Source: the human T2T-CHM13v2.0 reference genome, Homo sapiens. From it: 64,000 nucleotides of DNA. The DNA is taken from NCBI RefSeq assembly GCF_009914755.1, contig NC_060946.1; one strand, written 5' to 3'. Below are positions 1 to 19,346 of the stretch, piece after piece. The notes under the pieces are model-generated. The model saw nothing but the letters and a program-made list of their open reading frames with translations, searched no databases and was not told the DNA's origin. The position numbers were made by a program, and so were the translations under genes. The stretch's first letter is position 1. Each line of letters begins with the position of its first letter.

Positions 1-1701
1 CCAGCTACATCTACAGGGTAGGAACAGTGCTTTCCTTGTAGGTGTTACGCTCCTAATACAACATTTTCTCTTGTACTTTATGCAGGAATTGGCTCCTTGA
101 CTTCATTTGCTTTGCCCCGGTCTGGTGGGGCTCCATCTTTGTGTCTCTCGCATCTATAAATGGGTTGGAACAGGGATTACAGGGTCACCCTATAGTTCTC
201 CCATGGTTTAGCGGTGGGGAAACTTGCTGAAGTCACTCAGAGAACCCAACTATTTCCTCCTCTGCCTGGAACAACCATGTAGTGGTTTTACTTGGAGAGT
301 TTTGTATGATTTGGCCTGCTAGCCTGTGATGCCAGGGGGAATAAAAAACCCTAGGCATATATTGAATCATTAAGTGCTTCTTAAGTTTATTCACTCACCA
401 AATATTTATTGGATGCAGGGGCCCAGAAGCTGAGCATGTGGTTCTACCTGCTTGCAAGCAGCAGCCCCCACGTTTCTCTGGAGAGGCTGGTGGCGGGCAG
501 CATTTGCACATGGTTAGTCATTGCAGTTTGGCTTTGAGTTTACACCTGAATAAAATCATTAGCACAGAAGCTTGGGCCAAAGAAAGACAGTTTTGCATTT
601 GTTTAAAGCCTGGGCCAGTGTAGGAGGTGCGATGAGTCAAGATCTCTCTCTCTTCCTCCCTCTCTCTCCTGCCGCCCCTCTTTCTCTCATCATCTTCTTA
701 AAGTGTGGTTGTTCTCAGTCTCAATTTCATTAACTTTGACAACTGCGTTTTCTTGTTTTATGAGCCCCCCGGGGGCTGGTAGCAAAAAAATAGGTTAAAG
801 GAAGGCAAAGTTATCCCCTTGGGCAGCTTAGTCCCTGCAGAATTCATGATTTTCCATCCATTTCTTGGCTCTGAAGAAGCAGGCAGTGGACAGAGGCAGA
901 AAAGGCATAGGAGGAAAACAGCCAAGCTAGCTTGGGGGTGGGAGCTCCTTCCTGTGGATGTTGAAACTTGTTGAAAACCCACGAAGGGAGGACTCTGTCC
1001 GCTGCAGGCGGGCCAGGCATTCGGAAAAGCCTGTGGGAGAAGAGGGGTGGCCTAGACACAGGCTAACCCCCTCCCCACCACCCACCCTCTTCACCTACCC
1101 GCGTACTTACAGACAATGCCACAGGGTGAAACCTTGAAATAAGAGAGGATGTCCTAAATTAAAACACGTAAATGCCTCTCCAAGAGTTCAAATAAAATTT
1201 CATTTTAAAAGCAAAAGGCATAAACTTGTCACCTCAGTTTATTACTGAGTGCTTTTGAACTTCTCAGAAAAGAACTCTATAAACTCATGAGAGAAATATG
1301 ATTTATGATCCCCTCCTTCTCTTCTTTTCCATTCTGTGGGAGGAGGTACAGTCAGGATCAGCTAGGGAGGCAGCGTTGGGATGAGGGCAAGACCCCACAG
1401 GGGAGCAGCAGGCCAGGGCGCCAGGCCAGGCCCAGCCTCAGACCAGGCATGGGCGCATCTCTCCAGCTTTCTGAGCCTCTCTCCTGTACTTAATGTGGAG
1501 AGGCTGTTGTGGGTTCCTTGTTCTTCTAATATTTTGAGCTTCTGTATCATATTTAAAATCTTTCTTTGATATTCTAGTTCGGAGAGATTCTAGTTACAGC
1601 ATTGAAAAACAGGCTCTGTTACCTGTGGCAGTTTAAGTCCTAAGAAGTTAAAATAGAATAAAATTGACATTTCTTAGAGTTTGCTATTAAGTAAGGGTCT
1701 T

Positions 1702-2005
1702 GGCCAGGCACGGTGGCTCACACTTGTAATCCCAGCACTTTGGGAGGCCGTGCCGGGCAGATCACTTGAGGCCAGGAGTTTGAAACCAGCCTGGCCAATA
1801 TGGCGAAATCCCATCTCTACTAAAAATACAAAATTAGCTGGGAGTGGTGGCATGCACCTGTAGTTCCATCTGCTTGGGAGTCTGAGGCAGGAGAATTGCT
1901 GGAGGTGGAGGTTGGAGTGTGCTGTGATCGCACCACTGTACTCTAGGCTGGGCGACAGAGGAAGACCCTGTCTCCAGTCAATCAATCAGTCAATCAGTCA
2001 ATCAA
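1702..2005 (+). mobile_element. Alu with a (TCAA)n tail
   Basis: Alu dimer; TSD GTAAGGGTCTT on both sides. Confidence 0.95.
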
Positions 2006-2298
2006 TGTAAGGGTCTTAAACCATCCCCAAAGCAAAGGAGTCTATGTTTATGTCCCGGGCATCTTAACCCTCCAATTCAATCAGTGTTTATTAAGCATCT
2101 TATAGAGCTAAGAATTTTGAAGGTTGACTTTAATAGCTTTACCTGTGGAGAGTCTCATGGCAGGGAACATGAGAGGTGCTGGCGTTTCTAGCAAAGCCTG
2201 GTTGGCCCTGATTCTGTAACTCAAGGCAGAATAAATGCCCCATAACCACCACCCCATGTTAGAGAAGATTCTTAGGGAGAGGTTTGGAAAACAGCATG

Positions 2299-2605
2299 GG
2301 CCAGGCGTGGTGGCTCACGCCTGTAATCCTAGTACTGTGGGAGGCTGAGGCGCGCCGATTGCATGAGCTCAGGGATTTGAGACCAGCCTGGGCAACATGG
2401 CAAAACACCATCTCTACAAAAAACACAAAAATTAGCCAGTCATGGTGGTGCATGCCTGTGGTTTCAGCTACTCGGGAGGCTGAGGTGGGAGGATTGCTTG
2501 AGCCCAGGAGGTCAAGGCTGCAGCGAGCTGAGATTGTGCCACTGCCCTCCAGCCTGGCCAACAGAGAGACCCTCTCTCAAAAAAAAAAAAAAAAAAAAAA
2601 AAAAA
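2299..2605 (+). mobile_element. Alu (J-like)
   Basis: Alu dimer with poly(A). Confidence 0.95.
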
Positions 2606-3154
2606 GAAGAACAGTATGGTCAATAGGCATGGCCTTAGCTCTCTCCAAGGCTTAATAGTACAATGTGGGGAAATTGAGAAAAAGATAAGAAAGGGAGTTT
2701 CATGTCACAGAGACCCAGCCTTGGCTGACTGACCTCAGAAAGGGTACTTCATTCAGTTCTCGGTGCATTCTCCTCTGTGCAGCAGGGCTAATGCTGCCTG
2801 TGTCATTGTAGTGGGGGCTCTGTGAGATATTTGTAGAGCACTTAGCTCAGAGCCTGGCTTATGGGAAATGTTGGATGACCATGTAGAAGTCAGCCATCAC
2901 ATGTTGGGTGCTCGCCGAGTGCTGAGAGCTTTACCTATAGCGTCTCCTTTAATTAATGCTAATTTGACATCCTATCCAGATTCCCATTTTACCATAAGCA
3001 AATCGAGTCCTAGAGAGTTCTCTACATAACCTGAAATTGAACAGCTTACAAGAGCCAAGATCTGAAATAAGACCCTTCTGCTTCATCAATGTTGGTTTCT
3101 TCTCTTTGCCTCCTTTTGTCTTCGCCAGTTTTTCTAGATAAAAATCAGATGCTC

Positions 3155-3517
3155 ACCTGGGCACGGTGGCTCACACCTATAATCTCAACACTTTGAGAGG
3201 CTGAGTCAGGAGAGCTGCTTGAGGCCAGAAGTTCAAGACCAGTTTGGGCAACATAGTGAGACCTCCTGTCCACAAAAGAATAATAAAAAAAAAATAATAA
3301 GCTGGGCATGGTGGCACGAGCCTGTAGTACTAGCTACTCGGGAGGCTGAGGCAAGAGGATGGCTTGAGCCAAAGAGTTCGAGCCTACAGTGAGCCATGAT
3401 CATGCCACTGCTCTCTAGCCTGGGATATAGAGTGAGACCCTATCTCTCTCCCTCTTCCCCCCAACCCCCCGCCCCGGCCCCGCACACCACCCCCCACCCC
3501 CCGGAAAAACGAAAAAG
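3155..3517 (+). mobile_element. Alu (J-like) with a C-rich tract in the tail
   Basis: Alu body; TSD AAATCAGATGC at 3142-3152 and 3518-3528. Confidence 0.9.
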
Positions 3518-4929
3518 AAATCAGATGCCTTTTAGTAGTCAAAGGCTTGGTTAAAACTGTTAGTTCCACATAATAGAAACTCAGCCTGAGCTCTGTTGAG
3601 CAGAAAGAGGAATTTGCTCTGAGGATTCTGGGCTATGTCACAGAACCCATGACAGGGGTGCTGATGCCCTTCCACAGCACCTGACTCCAGGGCTTGGATG
3701 CCAGCGGCCCCCTCCTCAACTCTTCTCCATCCACGCATCTGCTTTATTCTCTCACTCCCCATTTGGTAGGAGACGCAGCCCCCCAGTCTCCCTGGGCATG
3801 AACTCTCTGGGTTTTGAGTCTGAAAAATTCCAGAAAAGGGATTCATTGGCCCATCTTGGATCAGGGGCTCACACTTAGGCTAGTCAGCTGTACCCTGGGG
3901 GCTGTCCTGCCATAGGTGGGGAGCAAGGGGAAGATGTGTTCTCCAGAAGAGAGCTGGTGGGGGGCAGTGCTGGGCTGTCATCCTCATAGCAGGCCCCTGC
4001 AGTCACTAAATCATATATGTGATCATGAGCTTGTGGGTGATGTCCTCAGTCTATCCTGAGTCATTCAGAGAAGGTTCAGCTGGAAGAAACTCATGGTCTA
4101 TGTGTACTACATAGAATCAAATCCTCTTCTTCCCCTGAACACAGAGAGTGATTGTGGTGAGTGAAAAGTGAGTCCACGTGGACTGGAGGAGTTGGGCAGG
4201 TTTTACAGAGTGGGGGTTGTGTAAGACAGACGTACGAGGAGACAGGATGAGGTAGGAAAAGAATCTCCAGAACAGGGCAGAAGAAAAGGGAGCAAGATGT
4301 TCTTCAAGGAGCATTGAAAGTTGCTGCTGAAGGAAGAGGCTCTCAAGTGAAAGAGTTTGGTCTTCATTCTCTAAAGAGCTGGGAGCCACTGAAGGCTTCT
4401 GACAAAAGAGCAGGTGTTGTAGAATCTGTATTCTGGGAATGTTCACTTGGCAGTGGCATCTATTCTGGTTGGAGAGAGATCAAGTTACCCTGCCACTAGA
4501 TGTTTTGTGGAACCCAGTGGAACCAGGCATCTGTTATTTTAAATGCTTTAGTGGGGCTCAAGCCCGGAAATTACTGAGGGCTCTTCATGTTTGCCATCTC
4601 TCCTTTCTGTTTGCACATTTAAGCAAATGTGAAATGTAGGAGCAACATGTCCAACAGCATGGGAAGGTGGAAAACTATGTTGAAAGGGAGGAGAGCTGGT
4701 TTTTAATCCTGGCTCTTCTGATAAGCAGCGGGGAAACCAAGGTACGAGAGGTGGGTGGAAAATTGAACCATATGGTCAGCCCACTAACCCACGTCCAGCC
4801 CTCAGTGTCTTGGGAACTTCTTTGCAAAGCACAAATACAGACTCTGGTAACCAAAATGACCAGAAGACAGAGAACCGAGTCAAAGGAACCTTGACTTTTC
4901 AAAGTGATTGGGAGAGGGGGAGCATGTAA

Positions 4930-5779
<850 letters not shown>

Positions 5780-5818
5780 TCCTTCGTTCCTTTTATCACT
5801 CAAAGTGGTATTACTTAA

Positions 5819-6059
5819 GGAGTCAAATCCGTAGAGACAGAAAGTAGAATGGTGGTTGCTGGGGTGGGGTATGGGGCAAGGGGAGTTGTTTAATGGGTAT
5901 GAAGCTTCCATTTGAGAAGATGAAAAAGTACTGGAGATGAGTGGTGGTCATGGTTGGATGACAGCGTGAATATGCTTAATGCCACTGAACTGTGCACTTA
6001 AAAATGATTACAGTGGCAAATTTCATGTTATGTATATTTTACCACAGTTAAAAAAACAA
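5819..6059 (+). mobile_element. Old L1 (L1MB-like) 3' end
   Basis: gagacagaaagtagaatggtggttgc...atgttatgtatattttaccaca plus A-tail; 13-nt TSD. Confidence 0.85.
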
Positions 6060-6443
6060 TGGTATTACTTAAATCATTTCATAATATATGGAAGTTGAGA
6101 GCAGTGGGTATAAAAAAAATAAGCAATTTTTTCCTTAAGCGATGGAGCATAGTTGCTCCAGGAAAGAAGTGGGTGACTGATGTTACTGAATCCTGGGGCA
6201 AAGCAAACCCGCATCCCATAGAATGTTATTCCCAAGGAGTGTTCTGGACAATCTAGGTACAATGAGGACAGAGACCAAACCCTTCTTTGTGCATCAGGAT
6301 GCCCTGGGGAAATTTTCTACTTACTTTTGAAGAACAACTCCCAAAATAGAGAATTTCGGGGAAGGGAAGACAGACTTATTTGTTATCCTCTCTTCATGAC
6401 AAAGTGGATGGAGGATAGGAAAATCAAACTAATTGAAATCCAA

Positions 6444-6730
6444 GGCTGGGCGGGGTGGCTCACGCCTGTAATCCCAGCACTTTGGGAGGCTGAGGCGGGT
6501 GGATCACGAGGTCAGGAGAGCCAGACCATCCTGGCTAACACGGTGAAACCCCATCTCTACTAAAAATACAAAAAAATTAGCCTGGTGTGGTGGCGGGCGC
6601 CTGTAATCCCAGCTACTCAGGAGGCTGAGGCAGGAGAATGGCGTGAGCCCAGGAGCTTGCAGTGAGCCGAGATCACGCTACTGCACTCCAAACTGGGCGA
6701 CAGAGCGAGAATCCATCTCAAAAAAAAAAG
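6444..6730 (+). mobile_element. Alu (Y/Sc-like)
   Basis: Diagnostic accatcctggctaacacggtg; TSD GAAATCCAA. Confidence 0.95.
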
Positions 6731-6984
6731 AAGAAATCCAAAGATGTTTGAATTTCTTCACTAAATATTAGCCAGAACCTGATATGTACCACAGTGATGG
6801 AGTGTGGTTGGTACTTAAAGGAAAAAGAACTCAGGAAGAATCCAGGAAGGGGGCAGTCACCTTATGATGATGAATGGGTTTTGCCAAACCTCTCAGAATT
6901 TGGGCTTTTGTTTTCTGACCATTGTCTCACTGAGTTCTCTGATGAAAGTCAAAGCTCGTAAAATTACAGTGTAGGTGTTAATCT

Positions 6985-7790
<806 letters not shown>

Positions 7791-8609
7791 TCTGAGTTCA
7801 TTGAGCTGGCATTATGGCCCCACTGTAAAGATCATCTCAGAGAGCTTAGCTGGGTTAGAGAAACCCTTCTATAAAATCAGTGGAAATGAACAGAAACTAG
7901 AGGACAATACAGGGAGTAAAGGTGAACTATTCTGTTCTGCAGTACTGGGGCCAAAAGAATGTTGGTTCTGAAGTGTTAGTAATTTGAGTAAAACCAATGG
8001 GTTGCAGTTTTCCACATTTAATAACAAACAACCAGACAGTGAATTTGAAGAACCTCAGCGAAGAAGATCTGAATATCTTTGCTGCTTGCATTGGGATATA
8101 ACCTTCAACCTTGACGTAGAACAGGGCTTACCTGGATGGGTCTTTACTTGAGACAGGAACTTGGGTAAAGCTACAGAGTTTTTTATAAGCCATGTAGATA
8201 TTGTGGGGATGAGGGGCCTTATCCTTCCGCATGCCATCCTCATTGGGGTTTTGATCACAGATCTGTATTTCCTGGGATACCTGAGTGCCCTCGGCTTTAA
8301 CCCAAGTTCAGCTTAGCACTCCTGAGTGGTGAGATTCTCAACTTAAGAGGGACGGTTGGGCCGGAATCCTTGGGTCTGATTTGCTGTGGGAAGGGGAGGA
8401 GGCTAACTGTCCCATGGACCTGGTCACAGCTGTTCCACATCATAGGTCTTGGCCTCACCAGGCCTTCTCTGGTCAGTGAAACAAGTAGGTATTTGTCATG
8501 TACCTGAGCACGGGGCATACTGACTATTGCTTATTGCCATGGCATCCCTGGAAGCACGCTGCAACTATTTGGGACTGACGGTATCGTACCTTCCCTGGTC
8601 CTCTTATCA

Positions 8610-8735
8610 CATTGTTTCCAAACGGGGGCAATTTTCACCCCAGGGGATACTTGGCAATGTCTGGAAACATTTTTGGTCTTCAAAAATGTCAGGGTTGGGG
8701 GGTGGGAGTGGGGGTGCTTACTGGTATCTAGTGGA
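8610..8735 (+). mobile_element. MER20-like fragment
   Basis: ggggcaatttt...cccagggga..ttggcaatgtctgga.acatttttggt. Confidence 0.7.
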
Positions 8736-9021
8736 GTTCCCCTTCCTCCTTCATTCCTTTCTCTGCCCCATTGCCTGCCATGAACAACAGGTTCCTGGTA
8801 GCCTTTGTGCTATGGTTCTGTTGGGAATTGGTGCTCTGGCACATTCCTCTCTCCATCTGAGGAGTGTGAAGAGCCTAGATCTTAAAGCTGAACAGCTGAG
8901 GTGCAAGTGATCGTTCTGTTCAGTAACAGCTGGGTTACTTTGGGCTGTTTAACCTCTCTGCCTCCGTTTCTCCATACCGCCTCTGTAAAGTGAATTCTGA
9001 TAATTAAAAAAAGAATAAAGT

Positions 9022-10772
<1,751 letters not shown>

Positions 10773-11898
10773 AAAGCTACTGAACTTGTCTACCTTTGAG
10801 AGGCCATTTTGAAGGATAGAGGAAGTACCAGTATCGGGTCAGTTGGCCAGAATCTCTCATTCCTGGAGACAAGCCCAAAAGTCCCATCTGCTTTTTGTTC
10901 TCAAATAGAGAGGCCTCATATACATCTGGCCATGCACATACGTTATGCCAGCCACAACAGTGGGCAGTCACTCGAGTGCGTTGCAGGTTGCTGGGGCTAC
11001 CATGACAGTGACTGCACATGATTGGTTTTCTGTCTACGAAGCTCCCAGAAAACCTGGACATTTCTGGAGTTCCCCCTCCCTTTCAGTGTACTTGTATAGC
11101 ACCTGTGCAGGAGAGCACCACACCCCTAACCTCGGTGACATAAATTCTCACTGAATGTAGAGACAGAAGGAAAGGGGACGGCAGAGAAAGCTTGTCTGTG
11201 AGCCTTGGTCACAAGACCTCAGACTGCAGAGACATGCAATTACTTTTCTTCTGTCCTTTGTGTTTCCAAAGGCACCATATTTTATTTGATAAAAGGTACA
11301 GGGGACCATTCTGCTTTTGTGATGTTGTTTTCCAAATCAAGCATCAGGCTCTCTGGTCTGAGTAATGCTTTTTGTGCTGAGTATTAAGTTTGAGACAGTC
11401 TAAACAATTCCTTTGGGGGTACTGAAATACTTTAAATTTTGCATCATTTTTGCTAGTTATAAAAATAATAAAAGAGTTTCAACACATTCCATTTGTTCTA
11501 AGCACTGTTGGATTAAATAAAATTCTGGTCAGCCTGAAGAACGTGGGCTATTTCTTGTGCTATATATAAAGGTATGTGGTCTTTACTATTTCACATTAAC
11601 CTGTTGCTAGAGGTTTTCACAAATGTATCAATTCACAAAAGAACCTCAGAGAAAAGAATGTGAAATATGCTAGGAATTTTTGTTAACCTTGGCTTGATTT
11701 TTAGAAGTTAAATTTTAAAATGTTTTAGCTTTAGAAGGTTCTTTTTTCATTTCTTAGTAAACATAGTCATTTTCTTGGTGTTTTCTAATTTTTTAAGTTT
11801 TAATTGATGAAATCTTAACATCTTTTAGAACCTAACTGTAAAGGTGTAGTTACAATTTACAATTTATAGCATCAACTTAATCTTACTATTTCAGTTAC

Positions 11899-12110
11899 TG
11901 TATTATTCCATTTGCATTACTCTAAGGAATACCTGAGACTGGGAAATTTATAAAGAAAGAGGTTGAATTGACTTATGGTTCTGCAAGGTGTACAGGAAGT
12001 GTGTTGCCAGCATCTGGTTCTAGTGAGGGCCTCAGGAAGCTTACAATCACCACAGAAGGCAAAGGGGGAGCTGGTGTATCACACGGCGAGAGTGGGAATG
12101 AGATGGGGGT
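11899..12110 (+). mobile_element. MST-family MaLR LTR, 5' part only
   Basis: aaggaatacctgagactggg..atttataaagaaaagagg...gagggcctcaggaagcttacaatca. Confidence 0.85.
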
Positions 12111-12119
12111 GGGATGCTT

Positions 12120-13145
<1,026 letters not shown>

Positions 13146-14525
13146 TGGAAGGCACATTCTGTCACTGAGATTTGCCAGTTGTCCTTACTGTAGTATTTTA
13201 CATGGGTCATATATTTAAGGTCCTTCTGAGATTCCTAAAAATAATTAATTCCCTTTTCTCTTCAAAAGCTTTTAAGTTAATAGAGGGTCTAGAAGTGTTC
13301 TTCTCTCTTCATCACTTGTCCTTATCCTGACCTGCCTTAAAGCATGATCCCTTGATTTTATCTGGGACATCTGAGCCACAAAAGTCTCTATATATATCCA
13401 TTGGCAAGAGGATGGTAGATCCTTATGTATGTCGATGGTCAGGATTCCTTCAATTTCAGCTCAATAGCAGAGTGGCTGGTTAAAAATGTGGAAAGATGGG
13501 AGAGCCACTGCCAAATCTCCTCCCATTTTTAGCTAATGATGGTTCTGGAAGGGACTGGCCTGCTATTTCTTACAATTCCAGAAAGTATCCATGAATGTAC
13601 ATGCTGCTGCTGACCAGCCTTAGGGAGGGCCTGATTTCTTATGGGCTTAAAGTTATAGTCCATCAAATCTAAGTTAGGGCAGATAAAAGACAGCTTATCA
13701 AAATAAAGGTACAAGAGGTGCCATTTTGAAACCTAATGCTGTAGAAAGGATGTAGGCAAGTAACAGCTGTCAGTAAGCTTCCCACCCCTGCTGCGCTTTC
13801 GGTGTGTTTGAAAAGAGAACAACTCCAAGTTCCATTTTAGAATGTTAAAGATCTAAAAAATGTTTCCAAATTAATTTTTCTCTCAAAGGTTTGCTGATGC
13901 GCACCAGACTGTAAATAATTGCCCTAACTGATGGCCAGGCCCTTATTCTCAGAAGGGGATATAGGTGTCTTTGTGGGATGGGTATCCTTAAGCAGGATCT
14001 GTGCTCCTAAGAACAGCAGCAACAGGCAGTGCAGGGACCTTCTGTTGAATTCTACCTGTAAACCACAGCCTGTCTGGAAGGTCTGACTCCAGGCCACTCA
14101 GCCTTGGCAAGCATGTACTTCCGAAAGCGCCTGGCAGAAATGGGAGCTGATAGACAGGCGCACATGGCAGGGGGAGATCCTTGTGCAGTGGCTTGACACT
14201 AACTAGACCAGAGACCATTTCCCATGTTCTTTTTCATAACACCAGAAGCACCAAGGAAAGAGAAGAAAAAAATTTTGCACTTATTTTTGGGTCTTTTCTA
14301 TCACATGAAATTCATCTGAAACAGTTCAAATTTTGTTTGATGTTTTAGCACCCCATTTTTCCTGTTATAAGATATTCAGTCTCTCTGCAGATATAATGCA
14401 ATTGGCTTTTATATCATGATTATGTTTTTAAAAATAAAATAAATGGAGTTGACTACCACACAGAAGTTTTACTTGGGATGGAAATTGACTCTTCACTAAA
14501 GGTCAAAATAGAATCCATTTGTTTT

Positions 14526-15130
<605 letters not shown>

Positions 15131-15949
15131 GAAGTGACTGAATTACATAAAGCTGGATCTCTTACCAGCCCCCTGCATACCCCAATCCCTCTGTCTTTGC
15201 TTAGGTTGGGCTTTCTTTTATGAATAATAGAAAATAAGAAAATTGCCTGTTTTGGGCAATCCAGGTGTGTTTCAGAGATTTGGAGTTAAAAAGTCAAGTA
15301 AATATTTTGGCAACCCAACAAAGGTAAGAAAAGAAGCATGCACCTAACGGGCTTCTCGAATTACAGGCTTGTCCAAACACTGCCTTCCTCAAGAGACGCT
15401 GGTCAGGGACAAAGCCTGCCCTGCTGTCAACAGCAAGGCCCGGCTGAGAAGTGGGCTTGCTTCTCTTGCTGGTCCTGGCCCTGAGCCAGATAGGACGCCA
15501 TTTGACTTTGATTCAGTCTGACCCAAGAGAAAATATACCATCAGCAAGTGGAGGATCTTTCCTCCTTAACAGACTTTAGTCATATTGCTTCTTCTTCCTT
15601 GCTGAAAAAAAGCCCAGGTAGCTTTTTCTCTCCCGTTAAATTGGAACCCTGAAGTTAGGAGGCACAGTATCTCAGATACTGTCAGATAACAAGAGCCACC
15701 TTTTCAGTCTCTGTAACTTCATCTATCTCGAGGGTTGGGAGGCAGACAGCTATGAAAGAAGACCCAAAAGCAGCAGAATCTGGGCATCCCAAGTGTACCC
15801 GAAGCACGCCAGTCTAGGTGGCCCCTCTGTCACCTGGTTTAAGAACAGACATCTTAGAAGGAAGGAGCTCTGACCAGCTAGTGGCATGTCTCCTTTCAAG
15901 CTGTGCTTTGTGTCTCTTCAACAGAAAGGCAGACATCAGAGAACTGCCT

Positions 15950-16600
15950 CTCTTCCTCGCCCTCCCCCAGTGGCTTCCCCTGGATCACCTTGGCAGGGCC
16001 TCATCCTGAGGAGGGTGGGTGGAGGAGGGAGGAGGGCGGGTGGCGGCTGCAGTGGCGGCTCCTTTGATCACCTCCCGCCCGGTTCCAGTCCCTGCTGCCA
16101 GCAGGCCAGCCAAAGGCCCGACTCTACTGATCTGATGAGGTGCTGAATAGGACCCGAAGGGCAGGGACAGAGCAAGAAGAAAGCTTCGGGAATGAAAAGG
16201 AAACCCCGTGAACCTGCTCGGCTTCATTGGCCGGATTTTCCTACCAGGGAGCCGCTCAGTTCCTGCCAGCCAGGGACTGCCTGCCCCTCACTCTGGCCCC
16301 TCTTGTCTCCGCTTTTCAGACCTTTGTGTGTGTTTTGTGTTTGAATCACGGCTGCTCTCCCTGGTTCTCAGGCTGGGAACCCACTGCGCCTGTTTCCATG
16401 GTCACTGGGAAGCTCTTAGCGCCATGTGCTTCAAAGGGAACCTTTCCCCTCCCAGCACTCGCTGCTGCCTGCCCCAGCCAGGCTCACAATAAGCGGCTCC
16501 TCCAAGCCAGGCCTCTGACCCTCACTTGCCAGGAGGAAAACCTTGCCTTTGCCAAGCAAGGCTGTGCAGCCTCACAGAAATATTCCTCAGCAGAGCATGT
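15950..16600. promoter_or_regulatory. Candidate Wnt-responsive enhancer (TCF/LEF sites, Helper sites, GC box, CCAAT)
   Basis: CCTTTGATC at 16061-16069, CTTCAAAGG at 16429-16437, two TGGCGGC, GGGCGGG at 16034-16040 and ATTGG at 16226-16230. CpG is locally raised. Confidence 0.6.
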
Positions 16601-17084
16601 GGATGCACACACACTTGTGGCACATCAGTCCTCACGTGCCTACTTGTAGATTTTTATGAGATATAGAGCTTATAGATTGGTGAGAGAGTGTTAACTTTCC
16701 TCACATCCCTCTGTTTAGGAACCTTTCTGAAATTGAAGAAAAGAGCAAAGCCTAAGCCCCTTGTAGGAAAAGAGATGAGCTTGTTTGGGGTAGGAGGAAA
16801 GGAGGAAGAAGACCCATGTCTTTTGGGTCAGCAGAGAATGGAATTGAAGAACTTAGCTCTGGGCTTCCTCTCCCTGCAGCTGGGGTGGTGAGGGTGGTAC
16901 CTGTTCACTCTTCCAGGGCCAAGGATGCCTGAGCAGTTGCCCACCAGGCTTGAAATTTGGCTTTGCTTATTTGTTGAATAATGCAGGGGAATGAAGCCTC
17001 TCACATCTGACTGGAGAGAGTCAGTGGTCTAGTGATCTTGGAGGGCTGCTACATGATGACACTGGAATTAAAAGGTGACTGTCA

Positions 17085-17805
<721 letters not shown>

Positions 17806-18654
17806 CAGTTGGGCTCTTTTGACTCCTGATATTGTCTTTCCTTATCGTTCCTGGTTCCTTATCAGTCTCCAGGCTGGCTGCTGTTGGAGTGTGGGTGGCC
17901 CCCTGCAGAAGACACTCTCAGTAGTTGTGCTCCATGGCTTTCTGTGTAGTGATGGGAATTTCAGGGCCATTTCAGATGTGCCCTTTGTATTACTAGAATA
18001 AAGTGCACCTATTTGGTATTAACTCTAATTTCTACTTGTAACTCATGATTCTGGAAAAGGTTTCTAAAACTTGCAGACTTGAAGCTTCCATCATTGTACC
18101 AAAATCTGTCTTCTCTGGCCACATGTAGCATTTTAAGTGTAGGTTTTGATAAAGTCTTAGCCCAGGAGCCGCAGCATCCCAAAGATGCTTTTCTGTTAGA
18201 ACATGCATACACAGACCTAAAAGTTAGTACATTTGGCATGCCTGTGAAAAGCAAACTGAAGAAGAATGCTGGCTACCATAAAACAGGTGTCATGATTGCA
18301 TTCCTACTGTATGCCAGGTGTTTTCACACATTATCTGAAATCCTTACAGTATCCCAGGAGAGAATTGTTATCAGATGATCATTTTGCTGCTAATGCAGGG
18401 AGGAGGGGACAGAACGACTTGAATAACGTGTGTGGTCATGCAGCTGGTCTGGGCAGAGGTGGGTGGGAGCAAAGGCCCCTGGCTCTAATGAATGGTCTTC
18501 ACAGGGGTACCTACCAGTGGTTTTGGGATTACTTTGAACAGATTCTAGGGGGAAAGTTTGGTTAAATTTAGGTAACTGGTTTCTCATCATTTGGGTACTT
18601 GGGAACCTAATAAGTGGACAAAACGTCCCACTGAAATTATCTTGTTCACGTCAT

Positions 18655-19346
<692 letters not shown>

